64,000 bases of DNA from Chrysomallon squamiferum (taxonomy: Eukaryota; Animalia; Mollusca). Numbering within the stretch: position 1 is the stretch's first letter; each line of letters begins with the position of its first letter. The notes below the pieces were generated by a model. That model ran no database searches. It was not told where the DNA came from and saw only the letters and a list, made by a program, of their open reading frames with translations. Made by a program: the position numbers and the translations under genes. Below, piece by piece: positions 55,491-64,000 of this stretch. The DNA lies in assembly GCA_012295275.1 (NCBI GenBank), contig CM022670.1, positions 32,488,001-32,552,000 of the forward strand, given 5' to 3'.

Positions 55491-56619
55491 TTCAAGATTT
55501 ACAAATATTTCAGAAGGCAAAATAATTTAGTTTTTCTGTCCTTGACTCTATCTCCTTTGAATGAATTGCCTGTATTTTCTAGGATTAAGAGCTTTGTTCT
55601 AGGAAATTCATGTTATGTTATAGAAGGTTAATTATAAGACCTAATGCTGTAGTTGTAAACATCTCCAATTAACATTTTTATTATATTTATTACTTTTATG
55701 AATATAAATGCAAATATTCCTGTTTCTTCTCAAAGAAATGTTTATTTTTTGCCTAAAATGAAATGTTTTTTGGTTGTTTCATTTTTTTTTTCTTTTTAAC
55801 TTTTTATAAAATGTTAACCCTATTGTTTTTATTTTATTCATTTTATGTCTGAAATAATTTACAAGATGGCATGAATTCTAGACTTTTCTATATTTGTTGG
55901 GGAAAATAGAATAAATAATAACCAAAGAAAAGAAGAAGAAGAAGAAGGACCATTTTAATTATCTACTATTTAACGATCCATCCAGGAACTGTTCGGATGT
56001 GAAATAAAGTCAAAACATGCATGTAAGTGAATTAACATATCACGTATATCTACCATTATCATGTTTTCTTGTCATGCTTCCACCACTTTTTAATACCCAT
56101 CTTAATTAGTTGCTCATCATAGCATGATAGAGGAATTTTTATTTCCATGGTGTACAAATGAGATTGGTTTGTAATCATTATCTTAACTACAGACTTTCTG
56201 ATTGCCTTCTCATGACCATGTACCATCATCCCATCCTTTCAGAGCTCATTTGTTGATCCATACTTTTCTGTGTTTTCACCCATCTTCTGATTAGTTATTA
56301 ACTGGGCTTCAAATCATTTTCTGTGGTTCACTGAAGCATGTTATCTGATGTGGCATCACCAAAAATATCTCTAATTGGTAGATAGCTTCATTCTTGAATA
56401 TAGTTCACCCTACAAAAAAAAGAAGAAAAAAAAAAGAAATAGAAAAGAAAAACAAAAAGGAAGCTGACAAAAAATGTCACCGGGAAATGTGTTATTTTAG
56501 GGATTAAAGGAAATCAAGTGCAATTCAAACTTGGTTATCTTTTGTTGTTTTTTCATTTTACAGATCTTATCATAAGATAATTTAATACCTGCAACTGTTT
56601 TTCTGTTTTTTCTTCTTGT

Positions 56620-57420
56620 TAAAAACTACCATGTTTTTATAAAGAGAAGATACATTCAAAGAGAGATAATTAATTTGGCAGGTTTTTTTTACACACCAGT
56701 TGTAAAATAGCTTTGGAAAAACTTACGCATCCTAACTTTTGAAACATTACCTTGTATACAGAGTATGAATTAAAAAAATATCTTTGCTGAAAACAAGATA
56801 TACCATATGTTTTGAAACATTAACTTGTCTAAATATAATATTGTAAAATCTCTTTTCTAACATCAAGATATGTCTGAAACATTAGCTTGTATGCAGAATA
56901 TGTTTATCCCTGCTATGATATGTTCTATACTATCTTTTATACATTGTGTATAAGAAAAACATATCTTTGCTAACATAAAGATTATAAAAATGCATATCTT
57001 TCTGAAAACATTACTTTGTATAAAGAAAAAAATATGTGTAAGAAAAACTTCATCTCTGCTAACATCAAGGTATATCTATATATTTTGAAACATTACCTTT
57101 ATACCTGCAGGTGTTTTCAGACTTTTTTTCAGGTTAAATCTTATCATATTTTGGTACACAGAAAATGTAATCTAAGATGTATTATTTTTTAACAAGAGAT
57201 GTAAAAGATGGTAAATCTGGAATATTAATAAGTTTTGAAATTTTATATTATGTATGGAGATAACTGCATAACAAAAATAAATGTCTGCTAACATGAAAAT
57301 ATATTGTATGTTTTTAAACATTAGTCTAATATATAATATGTGTAAGAAAGCAAATGTCTGGATAAATCAAAATATATTGTAGTTTTTAAACTTAGCCTAT
57401 ATAGAGAGAACATAAAAGAA
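56620..57420. repeat. Degenerate ~70-80-bp tandem array whose first ~190 bp is paralogous to 55030-55215
   Basis: GAAACATTA(C/G)CTTGTAT and ATCTTTGCTAACATCAAG units recur. GAGAAGATACATT and AAATAGCTTTG occur at both 55.05-55.14 kb and 56.64-56.72 kb. Confidence 0.75.
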
Positions 57421-59249
57421 ATTTCTAATAACATTAATTTATTTTAAATATAAAAGGCATCTATAAGAAAGAAAAAAAAAACTATTTAAGATGTCATCAA
57501 AAAAATTAGAAATTTTCTTTTTGATCTTTGTATGTTAAAGATCTTGGCCTGTTGTAAGAAGTCCACAACTTTGATAAATCAGCCATTTGGTTCATTTTTT
57601 TAAATGATGGATATAAATTAACATAATTATATTCAAGCAAATCTGTAATTCACTGAATTCTTTGTTATAACTCTGTGTTGACAGCCAGAGCTGAATGTTA
57701 ATTTAAACATAAAAAGAAAGTAAAGATGATGTCAGTAGATTTTCTTTCTTACAGAAAAAGAGGTCCAAGCATAACTGTCATGCTATATATATATTTTTGT
57801 TTTTGATTACTAATTGTTCTAAGAAAATAGTTGTGTTATTCCAATGCAGAAAGAAATGTGTTAATTTGTACAAGTGATAAATATTAAATAGCAAGTATAA
57901 TTTGTTTTTTAGAGGAATTCTAATAGTAAAATATAACAGTAAATAACAGGCTCATGCAGAATTAAGAAGGATGACATTTTTTCCTCTACTTTTTTTTTTT
58001 TGTGTGTGTTTATGTTAACACACTTTAAATGAATAGACCTAGAATAATGCTATTTTGAAATAATCTATTTATTCTAATTTATTATTATTGTTATTTTTTT
58101 TTTCTTTTCTGTTTCTGTTATAAAAATATTATACTTTGTTATTAGTAAAGATTATTCACTACTTTTAAATCAGACAACAGTTTGAAAATATACAAAATGT
58201 ATTTAGGTTATTCAGTTGTTTGAACAATTGTTTGTTTCAAGGTTTTTGGTAGGGATTGATGTTGGGTTTTGGGGGGTTTTGTTCTTTTTTCTTTTTTTTT
58301 AAAATTCATTTATTATTTTTTTTTTGTTGTTGTTGTTTTCTTGTTTTGATGGGTTTTCTTTTCCATTGTTGGTTTTTCAAGGGTTTTTTTATTTTTTTAA
58401 TTTTTTTTATACTTAATGGATTAATGTTAAAACACCTTTATAATAATGCTCTCTGTAAACAACAGATGTTTATACAAGCCATTTAAAAACCTTTACAATA
58501 AATTATAAAAACTAATCTCATATTACTGAATTAAAAAATAGAACTGGGTGAGAGCAATAACTTTAATTGTAGTGTTGAAAACTCAAGGTTAAAATGAATG
58601 TTTTAGTGTTACTTGTCAATAACTGTTCCAGAATTTGTTAATAAATCATGATTTTCTTACATTTTAGAAATGTTTATCACATATTTAATTTTAAAAATGA
58701 TAATGTTAAAAATAAATGTGCAGCTTGAATTTCCTAGTTCACTATTTTGAAAAGATATATATATCTATGGGATTTTCATGACGTCTTGGATCAATATTTA
58801 AATTTTTTTTTTAGCCAAAAAAAGAAATACCTAGACACATGTGCTTCAGATAAGATCAAGATGACACTTATGTCTTCACCAGTGGAAATGCTTAGAATTA
58901 TAATGACTTTTTCTTTTTTCAAAATCATTTTCTTTTTTCCTCTGCTTTTTGTGACTGGTTTGCTTGAAAATGACAGTCACTGGCTTAAGCAGTGGAATCA
59001 ATTTGATGGACAGAAAGAGCAGAAGACAAGTTTATTGGTGATTTTTAGCTCGTCTGAGTGTTCTACAAGACTGGAATTAGAAAGGATTCACAGAACGACA
59101 ATTAAGTGAATCAGTTGAAACTAACAGACCCTGCTAACGAGGAGTACAGTGTACACACAGACACACATTAGTTAGTGCTTTATAGCTCAAAGTGTTATCT
59201 GCATTCAGTTTTAGATCTATACTAAGTCCACACACAGAAAGATTGTCTT

Positions 59250-59475
59250 GATAATGGGTTGTCTTAATGCAGGCTACTTTAATAATGAACTGCCTAAGAC
59301 TTTTTAATAACAGACAATTTTAAAATAGGCTCTTCTAATAATGTATTGTTTCAGAATAGGTTGTTTTAATAATAGACATTTATAAAAACAAGCTGTCTTA
59401 ATGATGGTCTGTTTTTTAAATAGTCTAATTTAATGAGAACTGCCTTAAAATAGGCCAATTTAATTATTGGACAGT
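59250..59475. repeat. Degenerate ~17/34-bp minisatellite (TAATAATG..CTG.CTTAA.ATAGGCT.TTT)
   Basis: Regularly spaced TAATAAT and ATAGG motifs. Confidence 0.65.
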
Positions 59476-62400
59476 TGTAGTTTTCAATTCAATTTTAGTT
59501 TTTGTTCGGATTTTCTGCTGAATATATTAACTCATGGATAAAGAACATTTTATTTGCTTTAAACAAAATATATATTATTTTTAATGATTTTTTAAAAATA
59601 TTTTCTTTATTCAATGGATTTGCTTTAACAGGATTATTTTTAGTTATCAGTTTACCAAAGAAGATACATTATATACTTTTGTGAGCATGTTTTGTAAGGA
59701 AAGATCTTTATTACAAAATAAATTTGTAAGTGATATTGTCATTAACAACTAATAAATAAGAGCATGTGCAGTATTTAACTGAATAATCTTTTTTTTTTAA
59801 TGTAATATAGTTCATACTGCAATCAGATGCATTGCATTATAAAATTTCTTAAATGAATGAATGAAAAAAGAAATTATCATCTTCTCTTTTTTTCAAAGAA
59901 GAGATTTTACAAGTGCAGTTTTGGTTTTAAAAATTTACAAAATATTTTCCAATTCAGTATTTGGCTTAGTAACAAACTGGCACTTTTAAGATAAGTTAGG
60001 TCAGACATTTATATATCATTAGCAATGTATCTTTACACTTCATTTTTTTTTTTTTTTTTTTTGTATTTTGTTCACTTGAGTGCCAAACCTCAGCTTGACT
60101 TGTATCATTTGCTGTGATGTATAAGTAACAGCAACAAAGATATACAATCCCTGATGGGGCCAAGCTGGGAGCCTCTTCATTTGTTTTCATTTTATCTTTA
60201 TGTCTTCTTTGATTAATTACACAGATAAAATTTCACTTTTTTTATCTATACACCAGCTACTGTAGACTTGAACATTCAAAATAAAAAAAATATGTTATAT
60301 TATTATCATTGATTGCCATACTCTATAGAAAACATTTTTAATCTAATAAGTTTAAAATAATTTCTGTTAAAGCATTTATATTTGCTCATTTGTAGGAAAA
60401 TCATTTGGCTTACAAATAGAAAGTTTTGTAACATGAAAATATAAAGTTTAAAAAACAAACTAATGGCTATATTTATCAAATTGAAAATACAAATATAAAA
60501 AAGACAAAATATATACACTAATGACATATTTACAACATCTGAAAATACATATTTTTAATTAAAACCCTCTAGAAGGAAACAAAAAACCCCACACTAATGA
60601 CCACCTTTATAAAGTTTGAAAATACATTTTTAAAAGAGAAAAAATAAATGAGACTGTATTTATAACATTTGAAAATAAATCTTTAACAAAAGCCTACAGA
60701 AAATCATAAGCTCATCTTATCCTAAGCTAACTTTTTTAAAAGATGTAAAACAATCCTAAGTATGTTGGTTCTACATCTAATGGTCTTGGGTGATGAACAA
60801 TTCCTAACACATGGAATACAATTCACTGAGGTATGTTCCAGTGTTTGGCATGGCATGACAGAATGGATTCCTGTACTTCTCATTGCCGTTTAAAATGGTT
60901 CCCTAATTACTCCTGTCTGCTGTAAAATCATCTTAATTGTTATAAATGTGTTCATTTTCCAGAACAGAAGAGGTTTTTTTCATTTCTCTTTGTTTTTCTT
61001 CCTTCTCAGATATAAATTGCAGATGTTTGCTTCTTTGAGTTACGAAATGATAATTTAAAACAGGATAGGTATGAAATGTTGATGATGACATCAGTTATAT
61101 AAAATGATAATGATAAATCAGTTTGACAGAAATAAATCAGAATATAATACTGAAATATTTTTGAATACTGTAAAATATATGTATTTCATTTCATCATAAT
61201 GGTAAACAAAAATATACTAACACTGTCTTGAAGTAGAACAGAAGATCAAACAGTTGCCAATTTTGGTGGTTTAAGAACTTCCAGAGTCTAAATATAATAT
61301 TTCAGATTTAAATAAACATATCTTTCAAAATGAAGCAAATTCTAATAATTATTATTTCCCTGATATGTACTATAAACCAGAAGTGAAAAAAGAAAATAAG
61401 AATAAGACATAATGAGCATAATGATGTTAATATCAGTAAGTTTACATGCTTAAACTGGGTACAGGCATGCATGTCATGACTCAAAAGTGTCATTTGTCAG
61501 CTGTCCTGCAGAAATTCTGGATCAATTATTTTGCAACAATAAGGATTCTATTAATAACAGCACAAAGTTCACTAACAACAACATTTATTATGAGTCTGTC
61601 CCATTTATCTTCATCACAAATGTGAATGTTGAATTTGTCAATACTCAGTTTAGATGTTCAATAACGTTGTTGTTATGCTGCAGAGTAAAGTTTTGATCTA
61701 CAGCAGTATAAGCTAATTGCTGTGACTATATTCATTAGAACTGGAAATTACTTTTTCTTTTCTCTTCCAAGTATTGATTGGTTAAAGTTCATTTGGTAAT
61801 TTCAGAATTTTTTTTTCTGGCATCTCTTGATAACTGCTGAAGATTGTTTCAGTTTTTTTCACAATTTAGATTTAGAAGAGAATGAGTTTATTATTTTTCC
61901 CAAAATGTTTTCCGATTATCATTCGTTGAATGTTAAAAGTTGAATAATCAAGTATAAATTACTGTTCATTTAATTGATTTTTCTTAACTTCAGTTCATTA
62001 TTTTTTTCTGTTATAATATATTTATTATTATTACTGATAGTTTTGATAATGGAAATTTTTGATGATCATTATTTGATAGAAATTTACAAACTATTTTAAG
62101 AGTTTGTGATATCGGAAATTCTGGAATAAAACTTTTATTCAGTTATGTCTACAAAATACAAAATAAAATTTGTTTCTTTAAAAGGAAAGTACATTTTAAA
62201 AATCTGAATGCCTAAAGTAATATCTAGCTGAAAGTTAACTACTAATGATATGTCTTGAAATGTGTGAATAACATTTTAGTTTAAAAAAAAGAGGATAAAA
62301 TAAAGATAAAACCTCTCACATTTCTGTTGTTAATTTTACCCTAAACATAAAGTTTGTAAAAACAAAATCATTTCATTCAGTCATTCCTGATTAAACAAAT

Positions 62401-63359
62401 AATTTTATACTTAATTTAATTTTCTTGAATTGTTAACATACTTCAGCCTTTTGACTTAACAGAGCACCAGAACTGAAAGGTGTAAGCATGTCACAGAATT
62501 TTAAAATGTCTGCTGGAATAAATGGCATAGATTATTATGTTACCAGAAATTGTTATGTAAATCACAACCTAATCCAATAACTGATCAATGGTAACAATAT
62601 TTTGTTTTGACAAAGTTGTTTGGATTGTAGAAATCTTCAGAGGGCAACAGCATACTTTGTTCACTGCTGGAATGTCAGCTAGTGCAAATAGTAGGTCTAG
62701 TAAAATAATGTTTACCATTATCTGGCATCAGTAAAACATTTTCACTGTCTTTGTCAATAGTCTTCACTTTTCTTGATATCTCAGAACAGGAATCATTTAG
62801 GAAATTGTGTTGAGGATGTGGAATACCAAGCTAGGAATTACACTGAAAGAAGAACATGGAGGAGGAATTATTTTGATATAATAATGATGTACTCTTTATT
62901 AATATTTGGTTATGTGACATCAATAATGAAACTGAAAATTGGTTGCCATCACAGAAATAGGCTCTTTTTTTTTTATTAACAGCAAAAAATTATTTATTTC
63001 ACTGTCTCATAAATGACTATTTGTATGGCATTCATAGCACTGGAAAGATGTACTAGGAAAGGATCTGTGTTGTGATCAGTTACACCTCAATTCAACAATC
63101 TAACATTAAGCCACAGCCCATTTCAAAAATCACTTCAAAATTCATTGCTTTAATTAATAGATTATAATATTAGTAATCAAATACAATACAGAAGTAGAAA
63201 TCATGGGAAATATAGAAGTAGGAATAAGTTCAGACAGAGAACTTGGGGTATATAGAGCTAAAAGTTATTGGAAACATAGAGTTAGGAATCAAATAATTTA
63301 TAGAACTAGAAATAAGTGAGATTATAGAGATGGAAATATGTGGGAATATAAAGCTGATT

Positions 63360-63575
63360 ATATGTGTGTGTATGTGTGTATATCCCCAACCAAATGTTAT
63401 TAATATTCTGAATAGTACTGTGTGTGTGTGTGTGTGTGTCTTTCCTCAACCAAATGTTATTAATATTCTTCTGAATGTGCCTGTGTTGCTGTGTGTGTGT
63501 GTGTGTGTCTTTCCTCAACCAAATGTTATTAATATTCTTCTGAATGTGTCTTTGTTGCTGTGCATGTGTGTGTGA
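63360..63575. repeat. 3x tandem unit CAACCAAATGTTATTAATATTCT interleaved with (GT)n
   Basis: Copies near 63387, 63447 and 63516. Confidence 0.9.
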
Positions 63576-64000
63576 TTCTATGTAAATTTTTCTGAGTGGA
63601 TGCTTGTGTTTTGGTTACTTGCTCTTATAACATTAATGATGATTGATAGGTGAGATCCTAATTTCACAGCAAAATATCCCCGAACAAATCACAGCTAATT
63701 AATTTTAATACCCTTTTACCTGAGGAGTTACAAGCAAACAGTTCTCACAATTTCCTATCACACTAATTAATTACCATCTATGCTTTGTCAGCTGTATCAG
63801 ATGGAAGCAAATTGAGGCTTCTTGTTGTTTTAGTATCCAGTTTGAAAGCTTAGTTTCTTTCCAAGGATAATTGAAAGAGAATATGTTTCAAGTTGGCAGC
63901 CGAAAGAAGCCAGTTGCCAGTCTTGCTTTCCATTCCAATGTCAGCATATCCATGGCTTGGTACCTGCTGCTTTCTGTCATTGCCTGGTGCCAAGCTCAGT

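Larger units (their letters stand above)
1..64000 (+). other. PDE4: Long 5' intronic / alternative-promoter region of a probable PDE4 (dunce-type cAMP phosphodiesterase) gene; UCR1, UCR2 and catalytic exons not seen in the window
   Basis: Inferred from the RRHSWI(C) exon at 31105-31166 and a second phase-2 first-coding exon on the same strand. The strongest splice signals are also on +, and the window is CpG-depleted as in a methylated gene body. No RRESFLYRSDSD or catalytic-domain coding sequence was found. Membership of the region upstream of about 31 kb in the same transcription unit is an assumption. Confidence 0.6.

Noticed and set aside
58747-59109. 120-aa ORF
   Set aside because: It begins at a non-ATG codon, includes poly-T-derived F runs, has no recognisable homology and lacks flanking splice sites in that frame.
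2222-63575. The supplied ORFs of 60-137 aa as genes
   Set aside because: They are translations of microsatellites and AT-rich low-complexity DNA (YVCM, HTHT, poly-F/I/K) with no domain similarity. Only the 3' part of 51984-52229 and the overlapping uORF frame were retained.

Overview
Strongly AT-rich, CpG-depleted animal genomic DNA, probably invertebrate. A gastropod mollusc is my guess from the SINE-like repeats, and it is unverified. The window is almost entirely non-coding, and the supplied ORFs are nearly all microsatellite or low-complexity noise. The one recognisable coding signal is a short exon at 31105-31166 (+) encoding MLSLTVPVPPQAQRRRHSWI-(C) and ending at a phase-2 donor. RRHSWIC is the isoform-specific N-terminal motif of long PDE4 cAMP phosphodiesterases (human PDE4D3: MMHVNNFPFRRHSWIC-FDVDNG). 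The window therefore most likely lies in the long 5' region of a + strand PDE4/dunce gene, upstream of the common UCR1 exons, which I did not find here. A second CpG-marked exon ending at a phase-2 donor (51906-52225, polybasic N-terminus) and several weaker candidates fit a set of alternative first exons. The most unusual signals are splicing-related: a consensus recursive splice site (polypyrimidine-CAG|GTGAGT at 14940/14941) with a 68-nt stop-filled RS-exon closed by GTAAGT, and a 4-nt microexon (17547-17550). There is also a perfect CRE (9859) ahead of a candidate exon. The remainder consists of degenerate tRNA-SINE copies, many minisatellites and microsatellites.
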